Origin: Promethearchaeota archaeon | GTDB taxonomy: Archaea; Asgardarchaeota; Thorarchaeia; Thorarchaeales; Thorarchaeaceae | Assembly: GCA_027031765.1 (NCBI GenBank) | Contig: JALVPN010000215.1 | Coordinates: 1 to 23,113, forward strand | Direction of reading: 5' to 3' | Length of the DNA stretch: 23,113 nucleotides | Shown: in pieces, positions 9,162-16,303 of the stretch | How positions within the stretch are numbered: position 1 is the stretch's first letter | Layout of the letters: the number at the start of each line of letters is the position of its first letter | Program-made: the position numbers and the translations under genes | Notes under the pieces: generated by a model | What the model saw: the letters and a program-made list of their open reading frames with translations, nothing else | Databases searched by the model: none | What the model was told of the DNA's origin: nothing

Positions 9162-9584
9162 TCACACTATCTTCGACGCTATGGCCGCCACCCTGGGCCA
9201 CTTCAGCGTGACCTCTCGTGCCATCGGCCCCCTGAGCTCCGAGCCCTGGGGCTCACCACCGGGCTTGATGAGCACTGCTGCATTGTCTTCAAACTGTATC
9301 CACGTCCCATCGGGCCGCCTGTATGGCTTCCGCTGTCGCACTATCACGGCCTGCAGGACCTGCTTCCTCAGCTCCTGCTTGCCCTTGGTAACGGTCACGT
9401 TCACCCTGTCACCGACTCCGGCCTTGCCTATCTTCCTGAGCCTGCCCTTGTACCCGAGCACCGTGACAATTCTTAGCTCCCGTGCACCCGAGTTGTCGGC
9501 GCACACAAGCCTTGCACCTATTGGGAGGCCCCGTGCAATCCTGGGCATGAACTTCTTGATCCCTCTTCCGACCTTCCTGGACAT
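9162..9584 (-). CDS. rplN: 50S ribosomal protein uL14
   Basis: CADNSGAREL, AGVGD, AVIVRQRKPYRRPDG, FEDNAAVLI, GPMAREV. Confidence 0.98.
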   Translation of the reverse strand: MSRKVGRGIKKFMPRIARGLPIGARLVCADNSGARELRIVTVLGYKGRLRKIGKAGVGDRVNVTVTKGKQELRKQVLQAVIVRQRKPYRRPDGTWIQFEDNAAVLIKPGGEPQGSELRGPMAREVTLKWPRVAAIASKIV

Positions 9585-9587
9585 GCG

Positions 9588-9950
9588 CTACTCCTCCTCT
9601 CTCCTCTTCTTTGTGACAGCAATCACCACGCATGACACGGTCTTGCTGAGTGGCCTGCACTCGGCTGCCTTCACGGTGTCACCGACCTCGACATCAATGC
9701 AGGGTGGCAGATGGGCGTGTTTCTTTGACCGCCGGCGCTCGTACCGTGCGTACTTCCGTACGAGACTCAGATAGTCCGTCTGGAACGTAACTGTCCTGTG
9801 CATCTTGGTGCTCGTCACCACACCCTCCATTATCCGCCCCCGCACTGGGAGGCTCCCATGGAATGGGCACAGCGGGTCATCGCAGACCCGTTCTGGTGGT
9901 TCAATGTTCGGTATGCCAATGTTCCGCACTTTCTGTCCTGTCCGTGCCAT
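9588..9950 (-). CDS. rpsQ: 30S ribosomal protein uS17
   Basis: CDDPLCPFHGSLPVRGR, GVVTSTKMHRTV, KYARYERRRSKKHAHLPPC, GDTVKAAECRPLSKT. Confidence 0.98.
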   Translation of the reverse strand: MARTGQKVRNIGIPNIEPPERVCDDPLCPFHGSLPVRGRIMEGVVTSTKMHRTVTFQTDYLSLVRKYARYERRRSKKHAHLPPCIDVEVGDTVKAAECRPLSKTVSCVVIAVTKKRREEE

Positions 9951-9956
9951 CTGTGC

Positions 9957-10241
9957 TCACCACTTCCACCTGAGCTGTTTCTTCATCCTACTCTCCGGAC
10001 GCCCACTGAGGAGGTGCCCGTCCACCCGGACGAGGGTGCCGTCCGGCAGTCCAATATCAAAGGTGCACCCCTCCTTTGTCACGCGTATCGCGCCCCGTGC
10101 TGTTTCGAGGATGAGGGTCTTCTTTGTTTCGTCAACAATCTTGCCACGCCTGCACACTAGGGCCGGGTCACGTGACGCGGCCACATGGGCCTCCAGTCCA
10201 ATGAGCTCGTGCTGCACAATGTTGTGGGGAGCGACCTTCAT
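9957..10241 (-). CDS. rnp1: Ribonuclease P protein component 1 (Rpp29/Pop4)
   Basis: NIVQHELIGLEAHV, GKIVDETKKTL, VDGHLLSGRPESR; canonical position between uL29 and uS17. Confidence 0.94.
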   Translation of the reverse strand: MKVAPHNIVQHELIGLEAHVAASRDPALVCRRGKIVDETKKTLILETARGAIRVTKEGCTFDIGLPDGTLVRVDGHLLSGRPESRMKKQLRWKW

Positions 10242-10453
10242 GACCCACCCTCCAGCTCTCCAAGTTCTCTCTGGATGGTCAGGACTCGCGCGATTGCCCG
10301 CTTCACGTGCCGGGCCCTGTATGGGTTCTCAGTGCCACCACCAGTCGTGACCTGGACCCTTATTGTCGCGAGCTCGCTGTACAACTCCTCAAGCTTCTTC
10401 TGCCGTTCTGTGGGTGTCATCCGTCGGATGTCCTTCGCTGTCAGTCCTGCCAC
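10238..10453 (-). CDS. rpmC: 50S ribosomal protein uL29
   Basis: DIRRMTPTERQKKLEELYSEL, GGGTENPYRARHVKRAIARVLT. Confidence 0.95.
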   Translation of the reverse strand: MAGLTAKDIRRMTPTERQKKLEELYSELATIRVQVTTGGGTENPYRARHVKRAIARVLTIQRELGELEGGS

Positions 10454-10455
10454 TA

Positions 10456-11274
10456 TCAGTCGCCTCCCTCACTCTCAGTGTCCCCGCTCGTGTCCGAGAT
10501 CCCCTCCGGCTCCTCAGGGATGTCCTCAATCAGGTCGAGACTGTCGAGCTCCTCTAACTCTTTCAACGCCTCAATGTCCGTGATGCCCTCCATCACCGCC
10601 TCTATGGCCTCTTCGACCTCTTCCTCCGGGGCCTCCTCAGTCACTTTTTCCTCGACCACTTCCTCCTCAACACGTGGCTTCGGTCTTGTAACGTGTACGA
10701 CACCGGGCAGCCTCGTTTCAGGACGCATTATCCTCACCTTTATCCCTATGACGCCCGGCTTCAGGACTGCCTGGTCCTCAGCCTCGTCCACGAAGATGTC
10801 AGAGGGCTGTCCGGTCTTCGCAATCGTGCCCTGTCTGAACTTCTGGTAACGTGCCCGCCTGCTTGACAGCTTGCCCTTCACAATTATCTCACAGCCCATG
10901 GCGCCAGCACGCATGATCCGTCGCAGGATCCAGTAGGCCATCCTCCTGAACCTGACGCCGCGCTCCAGCTGTCGTGCCAGTCGTGATGCCATCACCTGCG
11001 CATTGAGCCACGGGTTCGTTATCTCTGTCACTTCAATCTGTACATGGTTGAGGTCGTAGTTGGTCTCGATGGTCTCGGTGAGTTCCCTTATCTTGGCCCC
11101 GCGCCTGCCGATGACCACACCCGGTCTTGAAGCGTGGATGACAATATCGGTACGCGTGGGCAGCCTCCTGATCTCAACGCCACCATAGCCTGCAGCGTTC
11201 AGTTCCTGTGTCAGGAACTCGTCAATCAACAGCTTCTTCGAGTTTTGCTCGATGAAGTGCCTTACTGCCGACAC
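10456..11274 (-). CDS. rpsC: 30S ribosomal protein uS3 with acidic C-terminal tail
   Basis: KH domain (IHASRPGVVIGRRGAKIREL), NPWLNAQVMA, LERGVRFRR, GCEIIVKGKL, GVIGIKVRIM. Confidence 0.98.
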   Translation of the reverse strand: MSAVRHFIEQNSKKLLIDEFLTQELNAAGYGGVEIRRLPTRTDIVIHASRPGVVIGRRGAKIRELTETIETNYDLNHVQIEVTEITNPWLNAQVMASRLARQLERGVRFRRMAYWILRRIMRAGAMGCEIIVKGKLSSRRARYQKFRQGTIAKTGQPSDIFVDEAEDQAVLKPGVIGIKVRIMRPETRLPGVVHVTRPKPRVEEEVVEEKVTEEAPEEEVEEAIEAVMEGITDIEALKELEELDSLDLIEDIPEEPEGISDTSGDTESEGGD

Positions 11275-11738
11275 TACTCTACCTCCTCTACCACGATCTC
11301 AACATGGCTCGTATACTCGGAATAGGGCGAGCTCCTGCCGAACGCACGCTCAATGTACTTCTTGTACGTCCTGCCCCTGTGAGTCACTGCGTGTATTATC
11401 TTCAGCCGGTCAATATCGAGTCCCTTGTCGTCTGCATTTGCCTCCGCATTCTTCAGCACTTTCAGTATGTGCTTGGCGGCCTTCACCGGATGGCCACCGG
11501 CAGCCCACCTGTGCATCCCTGGATGGTGCCCACGCTTCTTCTTGTGCCTCCTGTACGGGATCCATGCTTTCTCCTCAATGACGCTCTCAAGCAGCTCGAT
11601 TGCCTTGTCGAGCATCATCCCCTTGATGGCCTTGCAGACCTCTCTACACTGTTTGGGCGAGCACCGCATGTGTCTACCACTAGCTGTCGCGGTCCTGTCC
11701 GGATCAATGCCCATGATGGCATATCGGTACGTCGGCAT
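11274..11738 (-). CDS. rplV: 50S ribosomal protein uL22
   Basis: SPKQCREVCKAIKGM, IPYRRHKKK, PVKAAKHILKVLKNAEANA, RAFGRSSPY, HVEIVVEE. Confidence 0.98.
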   Translation of the reverse strand: MPTYRYAIMGIDPDRTATASGRHMRCSPKQCREVCKAIKGMMLDKAIELLESVIEEKAWIPYRRHKKKRGHHPGMHRWAAGGHPVKAAKHILKVLKNAEANADDKGLDIDRLKIIHAVTHRGRTYKKYIERAFGRSSPYSEYTSHVEIVVEEVE

Positions 11739-11957
11739 TGTGACTCACTTCCGGTGATGCCACATGACACAGTCTACTCCTTACACCTTGCGCTGCGTCA
11801 TGCAGTCTGTCTGGGACTGCTCTCACGACCACTCCAGGACCAAGACCGGCACACGTTTGCAGGCGGTTCTCGCGAGCAGAACTAGGCTGCCTGCACTGCT
11901 CCTGTGGCCCCGAAACAGCCGCCAGTCGAGAGCGACAGGCCCTGCGCTCCAAGTTTG

Positions 11958-11972
11958 CATTTAAACGTTGCG
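11958..11972 (-). promoter_or_regulatory. Putative BRE + TATA box of the uL22-uL15 ribosomal operon
   Basis: Minus strand reads CGCAACG-TTTAAATG, a near-consensus BRE followed by a TATA box, about 220 nt upstream of the uL22 ATG. It is the clearest TATA-like element in the gap. Confidence 0.6.
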
Positions 11973-12117
11973 AAGGATGTGCCCGGACGCCAATGCCTGC
12001 TGACGTACGGGACTACACAGTGCTGTTCTCAGTCATGCTCATTCGTGTCAGTCCGTCAGTCCGTCCCACACCACGCTAGTCATCCAGTCCCGGACTACTG
12101 TTGTACGGTGACATGTT

Positions 12118-12507
12118 TCACGGGTTGTTTCCGAACTCTGCGGTCACACGCTTCAGTGCCGGGGTTGTGATTGACCGTCTGACTAGGTCAATCCCCCTTT
12201 CGGTCAGCACACCGCGCACGTAGTACCGTCCCTGGGACCATATCTGTACGAGCCCTTTCTCCTTCAGCCTCCGTAGACTCGCCAAGACAAGCTGGGTCAG
12301 TTCATCGTCTGTGATGTCCAGACCACCACCGGGTTTCTGAAGGGTCTCGGTCATGCGGAGCACGTTTTTCATGCTGGAGAGCTGTCGTCGATGGTTCGAG
12401 TAAGGGTTCGAGTACATCCAGAGGAGGACAATGAGGTCCACTACGCCCAGCCCCATCTCTGGGTGCTGCATAAGTGTCCTCTTGGCTACGAGCTCTACAA
12501 TTGGCAT
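12118..12507 (-). CDS. Hypothetical protein, probable winged helix-turn-helix
   Basis: 129 aa from ATG 12507 (GGTGAGG SD). C-terminal SLRRLKEKGLVQ...GVLTERGIDLV resembles the recognition helix/wing signature of MarR/PadR-like wHTH proteins. Confidence 0.7.
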   Translation of the reverse strand: MPIVELVAKRTLMQHPEMGLGVVDLIVLLWMYSNPYSNHRRQLSSMKNVLRMTETLQKPGGGLDITDDELTQLVLASLRRLKEKGLVQIWSQGRYYVRGVLTERGIDLVRRSITTPALKRVTAEFGNNP

Positions 12508-12717
12508 TGTCCTCACCCTGATAGCCCACCAGTACAGCACACCGACCCATGTGGTCGGTCACGCACCACTGGCCATGCAGTCACTGATGGGTCTCTGACA
12601 TGAAAGGACGCGGGACAGGGCCTACAGGTCGCACTACCGCGGCTATGACACGCCAGCGCTTTCACTACTTTTCACACACTCCAGTGGCCCCACCACTAAT
12701 GAATGTGTGGCTAGTCA

Positions 12718-13431
12718 CTATTCGACCAGGGCCAGCCGGTCTGTGAGGGGCTGGTACACGACCCCGTCCCATAGCAGCTGTTTCAAAGACTCCTCAACCG
12801 ACTCCCGTGACACGCCTCTCTCAGCAAAGTGGGCGACCACGTCCTCCAGCAGCATCACCGGACCGTGTTGACGCAGCAGTCCAACAATCTCGTCCTTCAC
12901 ATCCACGGTCCTCTGGGGTTTGCTGTCTGCTCCCGGTGGTGCCGTGAGCTTTACACTCCACGGGTGCGGAAAGAACACGATGCCGTCGTTTGCAAGCCTG
13001 TTCAGGAGCTGTTCCACCCACTCCCAGTCGAGCTGGTACTCAGGGCACAGCTCTGCAATCCTGTCCAGTGGGCAGGCCGTGTCACACGCCTCCCTCTCAA
13101 GGAGCTGCATTAGCCGACGCCTCTTGCCAGTGGTGACTGGGGCGTCCTGTGTCATTTCTTCGATGTCCACCCGTTCGTCTGGTAGGAGTGCCAGCACCCG
13201 CTCCCGGGAACGCTCGACTGCCCTGTAGAACTCGTCCGAGCCCCTCGCATTGTACTCCCTCACGGCTGCCGATGCAGAGCTGGCGTCATCAAAGACTGCC
13301 TTTGCGGCCCTGCGGATGTCGATTATCTTGCCACAGTAGCTGCAGCGGCGGCGCTTCTGCCCTGCTGGGGCCAAAGTGAAGTGTCGGCAGCGTGGGCACA
13401 TGAAGACAAAGTATGGCTGTGTCCTACCCAT
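12718..13431 (-). CDS. DUF1922-like Zn-ribbon protein with two C-terminal winged-helix domains
   Basis: 237 aa from ATG 13431 (GGTGA SD; TATA at 13464-13469). FMCPRC...RRRCSYCGKII Zn ribbon; two ~60-aa repeats ending VEQLLNRLANDGIVFFP and VEESLKQLLWDGVVYQP. The ORF-track extension to 13662 is judged non-coding. Confidence 0.75.
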   Translation of the reverse strand: MGRTQPYFVFMCPRCRHFTLAPAGQKRRRCSYCGKIIDIRRAAKAVFDDASSASAAVREYNARGSDEFYRAVERSRERVLALLPDERVDIEEMTQDAPVTTGKRRRLMQLLEREACDTACPLDRIAELCPEYQLDWEWVEQLLNRLANDGIVFFPHPWSVKLTAPPGADSKPQRTVDVKDEIVGLLRQHGPVMLLEDVVAHFAERGVSRESVEESLKQLLWDGVVYQPLTDRLALVE

Positions 13432-13463
13432 GTGTTCACCAGATTGCAGTCTATCACTCGGCC

Positions 13464-13469
13464 ATATAA
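13464..13469 (-). promoter_or_regulatory. Putative TATA box for the Zn-ribbon/WH gene
   Basis: TTATAT on the minus strand, 33 nt upstream of ATG 13431, preceded by purine-rich GAGGAAGAGGG. Confidence 0.55.
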
Positions 13470-13682
13470 CCCTCTTCCTCACCCCTCTGACCTCCCCAGT
13501 ATGGACAAGGAGTTGTACTGCATGTCCCCTGGGACTGCACCGGGGTCGCCCCATCCCAGTCTCTGTGCTGTCCTCAAGGACCCCCTGGTCACCACCCGTC
13601 TGGCTCGGGACACGACCAGGCGCAATCGCACGGCACCCCTCGCTCCGCCCCACAGCCCACACCGGTCAGTGTGTGCGCAATG

Positions 13683-13695
13683 CGAAGCATTATAT
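13683..13695 (+). promoter_or_regulatory. Putative BRE + TATA for the ferredoxin-like gene
   Basis: CGAAGCA-TTATAT about 36 nt upstream of ATG 13732. Confidence 0.55.
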
Positions 13696-13731
13696 CACAG
13701 GCCCCAGTCCACGCCGCCCGGAGTCTTGAAG

Positions 13732-13950
13732 ATGCCAAGGCGTGCAGACAAGATTGTGGTTGATCCGCGTCTGTGCAAGGGCTGTCACATATGCATCTCT
13801 GTATGTCCCCACGGTGTCCTCCAGGCATCCGACAAGATGGACAACAGGGGGTTCCACATCCCCGTCGTTGTAGACCTTGAGGCCTGCCGTGCCTGCCGGC
13901 TGTGTGAGCTTGAGTGCCCTGACTTTGCAATCTCCGTCCACACGGGGTGA
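13732..13950 (+). CDS. 2x[4Fe-4S] dicluster ferredoxin-like protein (2-oxoacid:ferredoxin oxidoreductase delta-subunit type)
   Basis: 72 aa: IVVDPRLCKGCHICISVCPHGVL...NRGFHIPVVVDLEACRACRLCELECPDFAISV. Two CxxCxxCxxxCP motifs; the C-terminal CPDFAI is typical of KorD/VorD-like proteins. Confidence 0.92.
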   Translation: MPRRADKIVVDPRLCKGCHICISVCPHGVLQASDKMDNRGFHIPVVVDLEACRACRLCELECPDFAISVHTG

Positions 13951-14006
13951 ACGCTGACCGGTCGGGGGCGCCATTTCATATGGGCTAATATGCCCGGTGC
14001 TCAGCC

Positions 14007-14012
14007 TTATAT
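14007..14012 (+). promoter_or_regulatory. Putative TATA box for the 14065 gene
   Basis: TTATAT about 52 nt upstream of TTG 14065. Confidence 0.4.
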
Positions 14013-14064
14013 CTGGTCGTTACTACATCCTGTACACTGGCACAGAACTCTTACGGTGTAGTAG

Positions 14065-14655
14065 TTGGAAGACAAGACAGTCCGCACTCTGTTGGCCCTG
14101 CGTCAGGACATGGACAAGGAGCTGACAAGGCTAAGAGAGCGTATCATGGAGGTCGAGGAGTTCATACGGGCCCTCGATGCCGTGATTGGCGCCCGCAGCT
14201 TTGCGACCGCAGACACCACCGTACAGGCCCCGACCACCGCTCGCCAACACACAGGCACGGCCACTCCGACCACGCCTCAAATAACAACTGCTGGTGAGGG
14301 CTTTCCACGCACCATCCCCATAATGTCGCGTGACAAGAAGCTCCTGCTGGCAACAATGGAGGTACACCCTGACCGCATTGTGATATTGCCTGCCCCAGAT
14401 GCCATGTACGACATAAAGCGGGGGCCTTTTGCACGGTTCTTCATGGAGCGAATCCTCGGTGGCTTCCAGCAGGAAGACCGTCATGCGGTCGAGACCGGCC
14501 TGCTCGAATGGGACGACGCCTTCAGCTTCGATGTCAGTGCTGACGACGGTGTGCTGAAGGAGGTCTTGATACGGAACTACCACGACGAGGCGCGTGTCGC
14601 TGAGATTGAACGCACCTTGCGTTGGGCCCTCGAAAAGATATACGTCCCACGGTGA
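14065..14655 (+). CDS. Hypothetical protein: N-terminal coiled coil, Thr/Pro/Ala-rich linker, globular C-terminal domain
   Basis: 196 aa with protein-like composition. Heptad pattern LRQDMDKELTRLRERIMEVEEFIRALDAVI; linker TTVQAPTTARQHTGTATPTTPQITT. Confidence 0.75.
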   Translation: MEDKTVRTLLALRQDMDKELTRLRERIMEVEEFIRALDAVIGARSFATADTTVQAPTTARQHTGTATPTTPQITTAGEGFPRTIPIMSRDKKLLLATMEVHPDRIVILPAPDAMYDIKRGPFARFFMERILGGFQQEDRHAVETGLLEWDDAFSFDVSADDGVLKEVLIRNYHDEARVAEIERTLRWALEKIYVPR

Positions 14656-14699
14656 TATGGCAATTGGCGCGGAACGGCCTCGCCTCTATTTCCGTTGAA

Positions 14700-14712
14700 G
14701 AAAGCATTTATC
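14700..14712 (+). promoter_or_regulatory. Putative BRE + TATA for the TFB-repeat gene
   Basis: GAAAGCA-TTTATC. Its position puts GTG 14717 upstream of the likely transcription start, which favours start 14792. Confidence 0.5.
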
Positions 14713-14791
14713 ACGGGTGCCACGACTCCGACATTGGAGTCTAGCCTGCAGGGAGTTGAGAACCTTGGCCCACGCTGGGAACAGGAGCCTG

Positions 14792-15376
14792 GTGACAAGT
14801 CCACAGGTCGTAGTCGATGTGATCCGCGATGCCCACGAGTACTACGTCCAGAACCGGATTGACGAGCGGTACGAGTACGTGGCCCTCGACATTGTCCGCC
14901 GGTACGTCGCCCATGAGGGGCTCCCACGTGAGTCGGACTCGCTGTTTGCAGCCGCACTGTATATTGTCACACGGCACCCGTGGAGCCATCCGAATCCCCT
15001 GACCAAGACAGAGTTCGCAGCCAAGCTCCGGATCAAGGAGTCGAGTATCGAGTGGTACGTGGACAGCATCGTGGAAAAACTGGGCTTCCTGCTGCTGCGG
15101 GATAGGACGCAGCTCCCCTTCTATGTCGACCCGGAAGGCACCATCTCAAGCGTCATCACATCCGTTGTCCGGGCGAGCGTCCGTGAAGAGATTGTCCGGA
15201 GCGTGGTGCGTGGCACCGTCCTGTCGCCTGACGCACTTGCCGAGCGTATCGTCGACCGGCTGTGCAACGTTGTGAAGATTGTCCCAGGCGCCTTCCTGCA
15301 TGACCTGTACTCGATAGTACAGCAGCGCATCGAGCTTGAGAGCCAGTGCATACTCGAAGAGCTCGACCACCCATAG
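14792..15376 (+). CDS. Hypothetical protein containing one TFIIB/TFB-type cyclin repeat
   Basis: SLFAAALYIVTR...LTKTEFAAKLRIKESSIEWYVDSIVEKLG matches, by eye, the TFB repeat pattern xxAAALYI...TxxExAxxxxVxExTVxxxYxxLVEKL. GTG 14792 follows AGGAG; the ORF-track start is 14717. Confidence 0.7.
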   Translation: MTSPQVVVDVIRDAHEYYVQNRIDERYEYVALDIVRRYVAHEGLPRESDSLFAAALYIVTRHPWSHPNPLTKTEFAAKLRIKESSIEWYVDSIVEKLGFLLLRDRTQLPFYVDPEGTISSVITSVVRASVREEIVRSVVRGTVLSPDALAERIVDRLCNVVKIVPGAFLHDLYSIVQQRIELESQCILEELDHP

Positions 15377-15530
15377 TTTCCCGGCCCCGGTGTGGTACGG
15401 GACCCGTCCGCCGACTGTGCGTGCAGTCCTCAACTGCCGCACGTTCCTGTCAGACCATCTATGACTGGCGCTGGAACGCATGTCGGACTGGAATCAGGGG
15501 CACCAGACAGCACGATGACCCCACCCCTTA

Positions 15531-15668
15531 CTGGACTGGCACTGGAGTCGAAACACAGATGTGCTATCTATCCTGGACTGTCACAACGACCAGTCCCTAG
15601 CCCACACTCCCCTGTCCCGCCCCGTCCTCCCGCCTGTCAGTCCAGCAGCAGCGCCTGTTGACAGGCGC
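15531..15668. repeat. Nested inverted repeats / hairpin cluster between convergent genes
   Basis: 15531-15541 CTGGACTGGCA pairs with 15635-15645 TGTCAGTCCAG (11 bp, one G-U). Inner GGACTG 15575-15580 pairs with CAGTCC 15591-15596. Perfect hairpin GCGCCTG-TTGA-CAGGCGC at 15651-15668. Confidence 0.6.
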
Positions 15669-15715
15669 CTCACTCTAGTGTAGATGTGCGCGCCGCCTCC
15701 TCACTTGTGTGAGCG

Positions 15716-16012
15716 CTAGCTGTTCTCCGGATGGAGTGTCACCTCTTCGACAAACCGCTTCCCTGCAACCACCTGGTCGATTGAGTGCACTACCGCCCCA
15801 GCGGCCTCCAGTATCTCCTTGATGGAGTCGAACTGGAGGTTGTCACCCTCAAGGGTAATTGTAATCGACTCCGTGTTGGCGTCGACTTCCTTCACCGAGA
15901 GGTTAACTCCTATTACTCGTGCATCTCTGGACAGCATCAGGGCAAGGTCTGTCAGCCGAGGTGTGTGCGGCTTCAATACGTCCAGTACTATCCGACGAAT
16001 GCCTCCAGGCAC
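15716..16012 (-). CDS. DUF211 family protein
   Basis: IRRIVLDVLKPHTP, GVNLSVKEVD, ITLEGDNL, GAVVHSIDQVVAG are DUF211 (COG1888) signatures. Confidence 0.9.
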   Translation of the reverse strand: MPGGIRRIVLDVLKPHTPRLTDLALMLSRDARVIGVNLSVKEVDANTESITITLEGDNLQFDSIKEILEAAGAVVHSIDQVVAGKRFVEEVTLHPENS

Positions 16013-16297
16013 TTAATACCAAACCTCTGATACCTGCTTTCAGGCTTTGTTCGCCTGCTCACCTAGTGCGTTGTCTGTTAAACATTACTGCGTCTGATAT
16101 CGACCCCATCTGTTCCCAGTGCAGTGACCCGGTCGCACCCGTGAGGCCATTGCAGGGCCAGACACAACAGCCACCGCATTACTGGTGTGCACGCCACACG
16201 ATGTGTGTGGTCTCATTGTTGGCAGACCCCTCAGACAGCAGTGTGTGCCCTCATGGCCCCGTGCAGGACGCAGGACTGTGAGCGTCACACGGTATCC

Positions 16298-16303
16298 TTT
16301 ATA
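16298..16303 (+). promoter_or_regulatory. Putative TATA box for the 16359 gene
   Basis: TTTATA about 55 nt upstream of ATG 16359. Confidence 0.45.

Noticed and set aside
2503-9774. Long plus-strand ORFs antisense to ribosomal genes (e.g. 2503-3492, 3573-4349, 7874-8833, 8956-9774)
   Set aside because: They are shadow ORFs opposite well-conserved genes in GC-rich DNA, with Ser/Pro/Arg-skewed composition and no motifs.
9957-10453. RNase P protein gene inside the r-protein operon, and no SUI1/eIF1 gene between uL29 and rnp1
   Set aside because: rnp1 at this position is standard in archaea, and SUI1 is absent from this position in many lineages.
12718-13431. Calling the tandem-WH protein an ESCRT-II subunit (Vps25/Vps22/36)
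   Set aside because: There are no ESCRT-III, Vps4 or ubiquitin genes nearby, and the WH ends look more like MCM/RPA C-terminal WH. It is kept only as an alternative to test.
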